A DNA stretch of 63,662 nt, filler included, from Octopus bimaculoides (GCF_001194135.2; 8 parts of 7 records of this genome joined end to end with filler, not necessarily neighbours in it), one strand, 5' to 3'. Positions 39,341 to 52,599 are shown, counted from the first letter of the whole stretch. A program made the numbers and translations. Notes: generated by a model not told the origin, from the letters alone.

Positions 39341-39853
39341 CTGTAAAAAAAAAAGGGAATAGAATGCAATTAAAAACTAATAGAATTAAGACAAAGTCAA
39401 TTATAGATTGAATAAATTAAAACTATCATATTCTTTTCTACTCTAGGTACAAGGCTCAAAATCTTTGGGGAGGAGGCTAGTCGATTAGCTCGAATCCCAG
39501 TATGCAACTGGTACTTAATTTATCAACCCCGAAAGGATGAAAGGCAAAGTCAACCTCGGCGGAATTTGAACTCAGAAAACTATTATATTAGTCGACGTGT
39601 GTGTGTACTTGAAAGGAGACAGAGTTGATCACTTAAAGAAAATATACTTTTCTTCTTCTTTATTGTAATTCAGATGTTGCATGCATTTTTATAGAATTTT
39701 AAACAAGAGGGAAGTCACATGGCTAAGTAGCTTAGGGTATTTGGCTCAAGATCATAAGATTGTGAGTTCAATATCTGGTGGTGCATTGTGGCCTTGAGCA
39801 AGACACATAGAAAGTCTATTTTTAAAAGGAGAATTGGGGAATTTCTTACTCAC

Positions 39854-40078
39854 CAACTGACATAATACTGATAGCTTGTATCAAACCAATCTCATCACAA
39901 TCCAGATGTAATTTCTGTAATCCTTCACTAAAATGAAATACTGCTTCTAAAAAGTCTCGGTCCCATATTCGTGATATTTCTTCAAAATGATAACAAGCTC
40001 CATTCTGTCCCATTGCTACTTTTAAAACTGGGTTCATCATATTAAAATTGCCTAGATACCAAAATTCAAATCGAGATG
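39854..40078 (-). CDS. Nuclear receptor (NR1-like), LBD exon (helices 5-8)
   Basis: AG/GT-bounded (TATTTCAG...G|GTGAGT), phase 1 to phase 1. Encodes (A)SRFEFWYLG...FSEGLQKLHLDCDEIGLIQAISIMSV, in frame with neighbouring exons. Confidence 0.93.
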
Positions 40079-40959
40079 CTGAAATATAAATAAAAAGATA
40101 AATTATAAAAATTAAAATGAAACAAGGAACACATAAAAAAGCCCAACAACATTGAATCGCTTGTGAGAGCCATGCAGACCATGTACAAAGATGCTGAGAG
40201 ATAATGATTATTTTACAAAGATATTTAACATGCAAGTAGGTGTACACCAGGGTTTCATTCTGCATTAACTTCTCTTCTGTTTATTATAGCTCTTCAGAAA
40301 TAACAGAAACTAAGAATGGCTGTCCATGGGAACTTCTGTATGCTGATGACTTAGTTCTTATATTGAATCATTGGCAGAATTACTGAAGACTTCTTTCAAA
40401 TGTGGAAGCAAAACCAAGAGTCAAAAAGGTATTAACCCTTTAATATTCAGATTACTCTGTCAAATGTAATGCTCATTTATTCTCATTCTTTTGAATTTGT
40501 CATGCATTATCTCACAGCTTTCAAATTTCAATGATGTGATTGTTTATTTTTAGAATGTCATTGTTGGGTAGTTGTAAGAGGCTGGATTTGGCTAGTTTGA
40601 ACATAAAATAGGTAGAATATTTGGGCTGGATGTGGCCACTTTAAATACTGAAGGGTTAAAGCAACCCTAGTAAAGGTAAAGGTTTTAGTTAGCAGGAAAA
40701 ATGACAGAACTCTACTACCATCAATATTTTTATGGCTTAGGAAAAAGGAAATGAAATGATGACCTCTGCACTACATCAGGTAAGCTTTTTTTATATATAT
40801 TCTTTTTACAAAGAAAGTATTAATCAAATGATATAAAATTTGTTTAAATGAAAGATAAATCTTGTATATACACTGAAAACAAAATACAGCTGTAAGTTCT
40901 TTTGTCTTGAAAATAGCAGCAGAACAAAGTTTAAAGCAATTATTACAGACAATATATCA

Positions 40960-41397
40960 TCATCATCATCATTTAACGTCTGCTTTCCATGCCGGCAGGG
41001 GTTGGTTAGCTTGTCTGAGGACTGGCAAGCCAGAGGGCTGTATGAGGCTCCAATCTGATCTGGCCAAGTTTCTACAGCTGGATGCCCTTTCTAATGCCAA
41101 CCACTCCGAGAGTGTGTGTGTGTATAGAGAGAGAGAGAGAGGGAGAGAGAGAGAATCTGTATATAAGATGAAAACTAGGAGTCAAAATACAATTTGCGAA
41201 GAATCATCTGATATATTAAAAAATGTTTTTTCTTATTTATTGGCACATGTGGCTGTGGTCAAAAAAGTGTGCTTTCTAATCATGTCTTGGGTTCAGTCCC
41301 ACTGTGTGGAACCTTGGGCAGGTGTCTTCTGCAATACACATGGGTTGACTAATGCTTTGTGAATGAATTTGATGGATGGAAGCTGAAAGAAGCTTAT

Positions 41398-41400
<3 letters not shown>
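40960..41400. mobile_element. Intronic SINEs: RTE-tail copy (minus, 40960-41110) and tRNA/CORE-type copy (plus, 41242-41400)
   Basis: CATCATTTAACGTCTGCTTTCCATG... and GGGTTCAGTCCCACTGTGTGGAACCTTGGGCAGGTGTCTTCT (CORE-like). Confidence 0.7.
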
Positions 41401-41430
<30 letters not shown>

Positions 41431-41773
41431 GTATGTGTGTGTGCACGTGCCCTTGTCTTGACATCATGTGAGGATTGTCAATTAGCATCATTGTCATACA
41501 TGCAAGCAGTGTCGTTTGCTTTCTGTCTTCCATGGCAATAGATTACCTCACTTGGAATAAGTGATGGTTGGTGACAGGAAGGGTATACAGCTGTAGAAAA
41601 TGTGCCTCAACAAATTCTGCTTGACCCATGCAAGCATGGAAAAGTGGACATTAAAGATGATGATGGCAAATATAGCCTCTGCCACATTATTTCTCAAAAT
41701 TATAACAGAGTGTTTGCTGCTGATAAAGTTACCACAGATGAACTTGAAAAAAAAAAAAAAACTTCTAACGTAC

Positions 41774-42002
41774 CTTTGATGAGACTGCTTTGATCACTTA
41801 TTGTCAAATTCTGGAAACATGGAATTGATTTAGAAAAATTTACAAAACGCCGAACATTTTCTTCCATTGATTTGGCATACACTTCCATTAGATGGAGTCG
41901 ATTATCTAAGTCGATGCCTGTGGAATGGTAGAATGAATGATATTCCTCTTTTGATATTGCTGGTAACTCACCAAACACAGACTCTTTCAGTTTATATTCT
42001 TC
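41774..42002 (-). CDS. Nuclear receptor (NR1-like), LBD exon (helices 3-4 signature)
   Basis: TTTCTAG acceptor, G|GTACGT donor, phase 0 to 1. Encodes EEYKLKESVFG...VRRFVNFSKSIPCFQNLTISDQSSLIK, the NR LBD signature F.K.IP.F..L...DQ..L.K. Confidence 0.94.
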
Positions 42003-42194
42003 CTAGAAAGGAGTCAAAAAAAAAATCCCAATGAATTACAATTGAAAAAAAGCAAATTCATAAATAACCTAAAATTGCAAGTAGTTAGACATTGTAGTTA
42101 TACACTTTCGATGTGTAACTAAATGGACAGTCTTGAATTTGAAGAATTCCTGATACATTTATAAGGTACAGACCAACTTAAATATGCACAAACA

Positions 42195-42570
42195 CACACT
42201 GTATAGTAGCCTGGGGCTAACTGATCAAAGTGCTGCACAGTGGGACTGAACCCAAACCATGTGCTTGCAAAGCAAATGAAGAAACTTCTTTACTGCACAG
42301 CCATGCTTGTACCTATACTCTTTTACTTGTTTCAGTCATTTGACTGTGGCCATGCTGGAGCACCGCCTTTAGTCGAGCATATCGACCCCAGGACTTATTC
42401 TTTGTAAGCCTAGTACTTATTCTATCGGTCTTGATACGGGGAAATATTACCATGCTTGGAAACAGAAGGCTAGCGACAGGAAGGGCATCCAGCTTTAGAA
42501 ATTCTGCCTTGACGAATTCCATCTGACCCATGCAAGCATAGAAAAGTAGACGTTAAAACGACGATGATGA
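42195..42570. mobile_element. Intronic SINEs: CORE-type (minus, 42195-42306), second-family SINE (42320-42430), RTE-tail (plus, 42470-42570)
   Basis: CACAGTGGGACTGAACCCAA; TCTTTTACTTGTTTCAGTCATTTGACTGTGGCCATGCTGGAGCACCG; AGGAAGGGCATCCAGC...GACGTTAAAACGACGATGATG. Confidence 0.7.
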
Positions 42571-43496
42571 TTTGTATGACCATTTTGGAACCATTAACTT
42601 CCAGTCGTAGGTATCACAGGGAGATAATTTAGCTTCAACTACTGAGTTACTTCCCTTGTATCGGCAAATATCATTTCAGACCTAATCTATTAAAAAATTA
42701 CTAAAGTTACTAATTTCTCGGAAAGAAACTGTTAAGCAAAGGGCAAGGTGGGGTGTGGAAATGGGCGCATAAAAAGGATGAAAGATATATCGGGATGACA
42801 CAGGAAGTTCTATATGTGTTAATACATGTAGTAAATATAAGGGTCACTAAAGGACGTGGCTACATTGAAAGTAGGCTTCAATCCAGGTTACAAGGTCTGT
42901 AAATAAGCTTAGGATTCCTGCTTGCACCGTAGTCTCGTAGTGACATAAGCTTCCAGAATTTCAACAGAAACTTGTCAAAGTGGCAACGCTTGCCCCAAAA
43001 CTCTGAGCCTGTACTTTTTAAACCTTTGAGGCTGTTTAGTGTGGTGGTCTTTTTGGCAGTGCCTAACAGAAATTCCTTTGTGCCCTTTATGTATGTTCAT
43101 CATTTAGTATCCACTTCTTTATGCTTTTACAGATTAGATGGAATTTGTTGAAGCAGATTTTCTACGACTGAATACCTTTCCTGTCGTTAACCCTTACCTG
43201 TTTGCAAGCAAGGTAATATTTCGCCATGGCCAGACACAGTTTTCATAGAGGACTAGAAAAATAAAAAAACACACCAGGAAGACTGAAAATGACAGTAATG
43301 CTCATTTATAACCATCACTTAATGTTTAGATAATGATGGACACACCCGCACACACTATGGGCTTCTATCAGTTTCTATCAACAAAAACTACTCACAAGAC
43401 TTTGGTCAACCTGGAGCTATAGCAGTAGACGCTTGCCCAAGGTGCCAAGTAGTGAGATTGAACCCAATGACTACATGATAAAATATAACAACTTAC

Positions 43497-43708
43497 ATAA
43501 TAAATTCGCTGTCGTCTTTTTATTTCCTCTTCATCAAAAACACATTCCTGTCCATAGATGTCATGGGCTTTTGTAATGATTGCAATGAGTTCTTCAAGAT
43601 CTTCATCTGAGTTGCCAAGAGGTGGAGAAATTTCAGCTTTCTGCAGACGTTTTACTTCTTGAATATCCTTAGTTCTTTTCTCTAAAGTGTAACGTCCTGT
43701 TTTAATAG
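43497..43708 (-). CDS. Nuclear receptor (NR1-like), hinge exon immediately after the DNA-binding domain
   Basis: TTTTTAG acceptor, |GTAAGT donor, phase 1 to 0. Encodes (A)IKTGRYTLEKRTKDIQEVKRLQ...LIAIITKAHDIY...RRQRIYY (T-box/hinge plus helix 1) and splices in frame to 42002. Confidence 0.9.
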
Positions 43709-45841
43709 CTAAAAATTCAAACAGAGAAAAGAAAACTCTTTATTAATTATTTTTCTTCAAATTACATATTCTAGTTAATTATCTCAACTCAATCTAAAAT
43801 CAGATGATACAATGGGAAGTATTAATGGTAAATATAATATAAATTTCAACATAAAAGACACATTAACTATTCAAAAACAAACATTGCCTGATGGAGGCAA
43901 TGTGGCCGATGCTAGTGTCACATAACTGGCACCTGTGCTGGTGGCCCGTAAAAAGCATAATTCGAGTGTTGGGCCTCATGGAGGCAATGTGGCCGATGCT
44001 GGTGTGACGTAACTGGCACCTGTACCGGTGGCATGTAAAAGCACCCATTACACTCTGAGTGGTTGGCGTTAGGAAGGGCATCCAGCCATAGAAAGCATGC
44101 CAAATCAGACTGGAGTCAAATGCAGCCTCTCAGCTTATCAGCCCTGTTCAAACTGTCCAACCCATGCCAGCATGGACAACAGACGTTAAATGATGATGAT
44201 ACAGAAACTGTTAACTTTCCTTAAGCATTTATGTGGTATCAAAACTTTTGTTGCACCAACTGCAACCTCAACACATGCAGTTCCACTGTAATAGAACCAT
44301 GTCAGTGACAAGGATGCAGTCAGTGTGGTGAAAATTTTGCCACCAAGTAAAAAATGTTTAATCCTTTAGAATTTATACTGGCCATATCTAGCTTAAATAA
44401 TCTACTTGTTTTATCTTCAAACTGGTCAGATCCATACCAATAATAATTGGAGCACTAGGTATATTGTTAGTAAATGCTTAAAGGAGAATCTGAATAAAAT
44501 GGGATCTTCAGAAAGAGAAATCGTTTGGCTAATTCGTACATTACAAGTGAAATCTGTGAGTGGAACAGTAAAAATATGCATGACCTTTCTCAAGTTCCAA
44601 ATGTGAATTTGTCTGTGTTAACTACATCCCAAAGATGGAGCCTTGTATCTTTGTTGGAAACCAGCTCCCTCCTCAGTGGAAGATTTATAATAATTAAAAA
44701 ATAGAAGAAACATACATACATACAACAGGCTTCTTTCAGTTTCTGTCTACCAAGCCCATTCACAAAGTTTTAATTGGCCTGGGGTCTTAGTAGAAGATAC
44801 CTATCCTAGGTGCCATGCAGTGAGACTGAACCCAAGATCACACAGTTGATGGGGGAGTAAGTTTCTCAACCACATAGCCACCTCTGCACCCATAAAACCA
44901 CACATGCACCTATCTAAAGCCATACATGTGTCTATATTATATACATCAAAAATACAGTTGGGAAAGTTTATTAAGGAATGCCAATGTAAGCTAAGCTAAG
45001 GTAATATCGCAAAAGATTAAAAGAAGATGAACTAAAATGAAGTTGATAACAGTTATAACCATGATCACTTCTAGAGAAGTTGTTAAATGGTGTTCCACAA
45101 ACATTTTAAGCAAATTTTTGCCTGTTGGAATTTCTTAGAAAAGAAGCATTTGTACTTGTCTTAAAACATGTCTTAAAATAGCATGACATGAAAACAGAAG
45201 ACATGCTTTGTACAAAGAATTCTTAATTGGTTCCAGATGTTTAGCAGCCCAGAATGAAGCCTACATTGTCTACATGAAGCTTGTCTAACTTGAAAGATAA
45301 TTCATTGCATTTGGTAATTAATTAGAAAATGCTTTCTGAAGAGTAGAAACTTATTATAATGGTACAAAAGGAAGGCATGACATGGCAGGAAGTGGGAGGC
45401 TAAAGATTTAAGATTTTCAATGAGTGTGGATTGAATGTAAAGACATAGCTCATGTTATGAATATAATAAATGAATGAAAGCAATACTCTTTGGCTGAATT
45501 CATTCAGACAGTGTTAAATTACTTAGAATATTCTTGATTCTAATTTCTTTGAAAGAAAAATGCAAAGTTTCCAGGAAAAGACTTTACAATGGAGTTTAGA
45601 ACAGTGTTTTTTTTTTTTTTTTGAATGGTCCATTCTAGGTTCCTCACTTAGGAGCAACAGATTATACAAAATATGCTCCAATTGTGAGGAAAGTATATAT
45701 TTCACTTTATTTTTGAAAATAACTATCACCATTTCAAAAACTAAGTAACTATTCAGAAAACATTCTTTTATACTAACAGTACTTCTCACTTGAAAGACAC
45801 TGTTCAAAAAGATTAAAGAGGTAAAAACAGTACAGTAAACT

Positions 45842-45941
45842 NNNNNNNNNNNNNNNNNNNNNNNNNNNNNNNNNNNNNNNNNNNNTTAATTAATTAANNN
45901 NNNNNNNNNNNNNNNNNNNNNNNNNNNNNNNNNNNNNNNNN
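45842..45941. other. Assembly join spacer (44 N + TTAATTAATTAA + 44 N)
   Basis: Linker at 45886-45897. Confidence 0.95.
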
Positions 45942-46143
45942 ACTACTACTACTACTACTATTACTACTACTACCACTGCTGCTGCTGCGGCTGATGATGA
46001 CGATGATAATAATGATAATTTTGACGATGACGACGACGACGACGACGACGACGATGATGATGATGATGATGATGATGAAGAGGAGGTGGAGGAGGAGGAG
46101 GAGGAGGATGGTGATGGTGATGGTGAAAATGATGATAGTGATA

Positions 46144-46183
<40 letters not shown>

Positions 46184-46396
46184 CGATGATGATGATGATG
46201 ATGACGATGATGATGATGATGACAATGACGATGATGATGACGATGATGATGGTGATGATGATGATAACTTCAGAAAGGCTCTAAGAGCAACATATTGAAG
46301 TAGTGACTAATAGCACACACATCGCAACAAATATCATTGGCACCATTATCCTCCTCGACGTCATAACAATCGTTTCTGTCAGCATCATCGTCATCG

Positions 46397-46437
<41 letters not shown>

Positions 46438-46724
46438 GTCATCAACAACAATGCCAACACCAGCAGCAGCAGCTACAGCAACACTAATGCCATCATCATT
46501 ATCAACAACATCATCATCAGGACCAGTACCAATAACAACGACCCGCTTAGCAACGGTTATCATCGTAAACATCGCAACAACTACCAACACTAACAACACC
46601 ACACTACCACCAACAATCAAAACAATCGCTAGACAAACCATCACCACCACCAACACCACCAACACCACTTTCACTACTATTTCCACTACTACTACCACTG
46701 CCTCTGCCGCTTCCGTCTTTGCTG

Positions 46725-46793
<69 letters not shown>

Positions 46794-47878
46794 ACCAGCC
46801 TATCTACACCACAACCATCAAACGCAATCACCACCAACGTTAGTACCAACAGCACCACAACTTCTACCACCACAGCATCTGCCAACAGCCACTAGTAACT
46901 ACTATCACCCCCAACCAACACTGCTACTAACAACATCACAACACTAATGAACACCATCACGTTCACTACTACTGCTACAACCATTACAACTAGTGCCAAC
47001 ACCCAAAGCAGCTATCACCTCAAACCCTTCCATCAATACTGCAAATATCATCTACCAAATGAACGCCCTTACCACCACTACAAACACAGCATTCACTACC
47101 ACACCACTAACGTAACAAGTACTACCACCAGTACCAACATCACAAGCATTACTACTACCACTAACACTACTATAACCGCTACATCAAAATCACTATCCAC
47201 AGAGCCAATAAAGACGCCCCTTCGGTCATGAATGACCATGGGATTGCACCTAGAATGTTCTCTGCCGAGCCACAAGTATGGACAAGGTTGTTTTATGGAA
47301 GACCAGCAGTCCCCTCTCCACGTCACTGATGTTATCCAAGGAAAAGGTAAAGGCCGATACGGCTTTGCACCTGTGATGCAGCGACTCATTTATACAGGTG
47401 AGTGAACTGGAGCAACGTGAAATAAAGTGTCTCGCTCAAGAACGCAGCACACGGACCGGTCCGGGAATCGAACTCACAACCTCATGATTGTGAGCCTAAC
47501 GTTCTAACCACTGAGCTACGCGCCTTCAACATGCGCCATTATCATTAATATCACAATTCCTTCCAATAGTGCGAACTACCCCACCACCATTATCGCTTGG
47601 CATGCCACTAAGACCCCCTGCGGGCATAACCAAAACACCAACACCACCACCACTACTAATACCGCAAACAAACAGAACACTCATTACCTTTGTTACTATC
47701 AGTTTCACACAGGTGATGAGCTTGTGAAATCCGTGCGAGCGTCAGAGGAAAAGTATTGAAGGTTGCCTTCTGATTCTTCACGTTTGAATTCAATACACGC
47801 TGAGGTCCACTTTGCCTGTCATCCGCTTTTTTCCTTTATTAGATAAACCAAAGTTCCAGTTAGAGCTTAACAACAAAG

Positions 47879-47917
<39 letters not shown>

Positions 47918-47927
47918 NNNNNNNNNN

Positions 47928-47963
<36 letters not shown>

Positions 47964-48455
47964 ATGCTGTTGCTGCTGAGGCCTTTTCTGACACTTTCAC
48001 AGCCACATTCACAACGATGTTCCTTATTATTGCATCACCCACGTGAATGAGATCGTGTGATGGAATCATTTTTACATCATCACCATCGTCATCATTATGA
48101 TCAAGAAGATCATCATCATCATCAACACCATCATCACTGCTGTAGATGATACCATCACTACCGCAACCACCACCTCCACCGTCACCAGCACCACAACCAC
48201 CATGGTCACCACCGCTACTGCCACCATAACAGCCGACATCACCACCACCACTACAACAACAACAACAACAGCAAAAGCAACAACGACGACGATGACGACG
48301 AAAAAAGTACAACCATCCTCCAGCCTCCACTACTACTACCAAAACCCACCGTCGTCATCACCACCACCACCACTACCACCATCACTACCACCGCAACAGT
48401 TATCGTCACCATCACGTTTACGTACGCAACGACCACCATCACAACGTTCATCACC
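45942..48455. repeat. Compound trinucleotide low-complexity region (ACT, GAT, GAC, GAG, CAT, ACC, CAA)
   Basis: Successive imperfect triplet runs; all six frames give homopolymeric peptides, with no splice-bounded ORF. Confidence 0.92.
47214..47529 (-). mobile_element. Near full-length tRNA-derived CORE-type SINE
   Basis: Minus strand GGCGCGTAGCTCAGTGGTTAGAACG (A box) ... GAGTTCGATTCCC (B box), followed by TTGAGCGAGACACTTTATTTCAC (CORE-like) and a long non-tRNA body. Confidence 0.8.
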
Positions 48456-48854
48456 NNNNNNNNNNNNNNNNNNNNNNNNNNNNNNNNNNNNNNNNNNNNN
48501 NNNNNNNNNNNNNNNNNNNNNNNNNNNNNNNNNNNNNNNNNNNNNNNNNNNNNNNNNNNNNNNNNNNNNNNNNNNNNNNNNNNNNNNNNNNNNNNNNNNN
48601 NNNNNNNNNNNNNNNNNNNNNNNNNNNNNNNNNNNNNNNNNNNNNNNNNNNNNNNNNNNNNNNNNNNNNNNNNNNNNNNNNNNNNNNNNNNNNNNNNNNN
48701 NNNNNNNNNNNNNNNNNNNNNNNNNNNNNNNNNNNNNNNNNNNNNNNNNNNNNNNNNNNNNNNNNNNNNNNNNNNNNNNNNNNNNNNNNNNNNNNNNNNN
48801 NNNNNNNNNNNNNNNNNNNNNNNNNNNNNNNNNNNNNNNNNNNNNNNNNNNNNN

Positions 48855-49383
48855 CTGCCCCCCCCCACACACACACGTAACAGAACAGAGGAAACGCTGT
48901 CTCTTCTACATCGCTGTTAACCAGGCAGAATGTCATACTCATTACCTTTAACATAATCACTCACACGCACACACACACACACATACACATACACATACAC
49001 GCACGTACGCACGAACGCACGCACACACGCAATCGCATATGCACACGCACGGAAAAAGCTCATCAGCGCATAATTTACACAACCGGGATTATTCAGACAC
49101 ATATATACACACACACACATGAAAACACTCGAAGACATACATACAATATACAGATGCACTTACGGACACATGTGTATGCACATGCGCAGAAGTACATGCA
49201 AACTAAATACTCAGATACACATACAGCAACTACACGCAAATACTCACACATACATACATACATACATACATAAATACATACATATAATCACACATACGCA
49301 GTCGTACACTTAATCACACACATACACACACAAACATACACACACCTAAACATACTCACAGCCAAGCATACACCTACTCATAG

Positions 49384-49424
<41 letters not shown>

Positions 49425-49504
49425 TATACAAACACAAACGCNNNNNNNNNNCACACACACACACACATATACAAACACAAACGCACATTCACGTAGACTG
49501 ACAG

Positions 49505-49539
<35 letters not shown>

Positions 49540-50054
49540 AGTATGTGTACGGATTTACAGGTACACAGCCACACACTTATACAGATGCAAACATATATAC
49601 ACAAACATCTATACAGAAACAGAGAAACGCACATACACGCATACACACACACACACACATACGCACACATACACACTCATACACACTCACATAAACAGGC
49701 CCATACATACACACACACTCATAACATCTTCTTTCAATCTTGCTTTAACTGATGTTTTAATGAAAACAAAATAACTAATTGTGGTGGCGGGGNNNNNNNN
49801 NNNNNNNNNNNNNNNNNNNNNNNNNNNNNGTTTTACCTCCACCCTCACTCTCCTCCTCCAATGATAAACGTACGTGCATAAAAAAAGCATACAACCACAG
49901 GCACAAACACACATACACACACATGCTACACACATTCATTCGAAACGCATTGAGACTCACTCTTGAGTGTCATCTTCACTTTCCCCCGTTATGTTCAGAC
50001 ACATACACACATAAAGATAAACACATACACACACACACACTCTCTCTCTCTCTC

Positions 50055-50091
<37 letters not shown>

Positions 50092-50171
50092 AACTGTTAT
50101 GTCATTGCCACTTACATTCTACGCACATACGCGTGTGTGTGTGTGTTTGTGTGTGTGTGTCTCTCTCTCTG

Positions 50172-50209
<38 letters not shown>

Positions 50210-50246
50210 CCTACCTACCTACCTATATATATATGTGTGTGTGTGT

Positions 50247-50283
<37 letters not shown>

Positions 50284-50329
50284 TGATGACCATCATCATC
50301 ATCATCATCACCACCACCATCATCATCAA

Positions 50330-50367
<38 letters not shown>

Positions 50368-50380
50368 ACTTCAGAAAGCC
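48855..50380. repeat. Compound di/tetranucleotide microsatellites (CA, CT, TATC, CAT)
   Basis: Directly visible runs. Confidence 0.9.
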
Positions 50381-52599
50381 TTGCGAAATACAAGCTACGC
50401 AGGGTTTCCTAATTTATTTCGCTTTTTATGAATCTGGTTCAAACAGCAAGATGGTTTAGTGACTGCATCCGATGCAATCGATGTTGATATGATCACATGC
50501 ATTTAGGAAAAAATAACAGAGAGAAATATATCACAGGGTATATAACCAGTGCTTTTCGAATATAAAAAAATTACATAAACCAACACTGTAATGCGTTATG
50601 ATATTCCCGCTAAGATGTATTTTGTCGCATGCGGGCATGAAGAGAAGACCTCGCTCCTGGTATTTTTAAAGTCTCCGAAACTCCTTAAGCTTATTAAAAG
50701 AGAATTTTTCAAATCAGAATACGGAACATATTTTTTAACCCGTGCAAAGCATCTCCCATTTCTTGTTTTAGTTGAGGTTCTCGTCCTTAAGTGCCTCAAT
50801 TAATGCCAATAGGTTTGTCACATCTTTTCTCGGGGTGTTTAAATCTAGATAGAGGATTGTTGCATCTGAATTTAACTATTTCTTTCACAGACTTTACATA
50901 ACGTTAGGCCTCTGTCCGACCGTTGTCATAGTTTGCCTACACCTGTTTCATTAATAGCAAAGGATATATCGCTCACCTGTGCTAGAGGGCATTTAGATTT
51001 ATTTCTGAATGTGCATCCAGGACAAGTCCGTGTCATCTGTTGCTTATTTGTATAGGTCTTTACATTAAAGGGTTCATGAATATAGGATTTTCATTTCAAA
51101 CACGCACATGCCCTCACACACGAAATTAACTTAGAACGTTTTGCTCCGTTGGATGGCAACTGGTAACATCACAATTAACAAAGACGAGTAAAACTGCAAC
51201 AACGACAACTACAACAGCAACAGCCACAACGCTGACGACAATAATGAATGAAACGCCCTGAAAAACAGCGCTCTTACCACCATCGCCATCGTCACTCACA
51301 AGACCAACTTGAACAACGATATCGATGAGGACGACGATGTCGGTGACGCAATCTGGTTGTGGATCCTGTATTCGTTTTCCCCCGTGCAACTGCAGCAGTA
51401 TTCTGTAAGAAATCGTGCGGATTACCAGGCCTCTGCCTTATTATCTCATGTGCAACTTCAAGATTAGGTAGAAGTTTCTTTATATACTGTGTCGGTTAAA
51501 ATTATCACACATCATGTCACATGTTGGCCAAGGCTCCATCTACTTTTTGACTGGCATGGAAACTTCCTGTTATTCAATCACCATTCATCAATCTAACTCT
51601 GTCATTAGATGAGCCACCGACATTTTTATAATACACATAATTCAAATATATAAAATATACAAGCTCTACCTTCCTCATCGCTTGAACCTTGGTCATAATG
51701 ATCAGCACGTGATGTCATACGCCTAGTCGATGGAGCACATAATCTTCTCACATTGCTTAGAGCTTCCAGCAACTCCACATTCAAGCAACCTTCATTTTGG
51801 TGGGGAAATACAAATACGGCGGAATATTGCACATTTATTCATCCATCTTGTGACGAATTTATCCAGGAAATTCATAGTATAGAACCACAGTGAGAAATTG
51901 TAGAAAGGAACATTCGATATAATCATCCTCATTATTTGAATAGTACTTTTCATATCGATCCCAGAATGATGAAACATACCGTCGTTCCTGGCTGGATTTG
52001 AACACAAGACAAAATAGAATTTGATTACAGCACTCTATCAGCTCTGCCGTTCCTCAGATAGTCTCCCTTTAGAAAAACAAAGTATAATAGCAAGTTCTAT
52101 CAGTACATTTTAATATCAACATTAGACACAATTAGTTGAATACAATGAAATAGAAACAAACAAGATTCAACTTTATGAACCCAGATAATAACGTCGAAAT
52201 CTCTAGACTTTAGAACAGTCTTCACATAATCCACCCATCAACACACCAATATACTTAATTAATTAATGATTTATACGTCCATCCATTTTATCAAACATCC
52301 ATCTCAATTACCAACTGGCTGACTACCTCCCTATCTATCTACACCTCACTCTCTCCTTCTTACTCACTCTCTTTCTCTCTTTATCTCACTCTGTCTCTCT
52401 CTAACTACATGTCAACAAGCAGACATACACAGCAGTAATATGGAAGTTGAGGTCAATTGCATCAACTACGATCAACAAACGAAAAAATTAAAGTAGGAAG
52501 ATGGAAATAAATTATACATGATAATTTAATATGTTTAAATCACCAGAATTATTGTAATTGCTAATATCATGTTTTCAACAATTTCATTTAAGTTTTCTT

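Noticed and set aside
45523-45807. Cys-containing ORFs upstream of the receptor hinge exon as a possible DNA-binding domain
   Set aside because: No C4 zinc-finger spacing or P-box; the DBD exons must lie beyond the join at 45842.
47455-47529. tRNA-Val(CAC)-like sequence on the minus strand
   Set aside because: Acceptor and anticodon stems do not pair properly, and it runs into a CORE-SINE body; it is a SINE head, not a tRNA gene.
45890-48960. Poly-Asp, poly-Thr, poly-Ser and poly-Met ORFs suggesting an acidic or mucin-like protein
   Set aside because: Compound triplet microsatellites with frame and strand switches, an embedded SINE and no splice-bounded exon.
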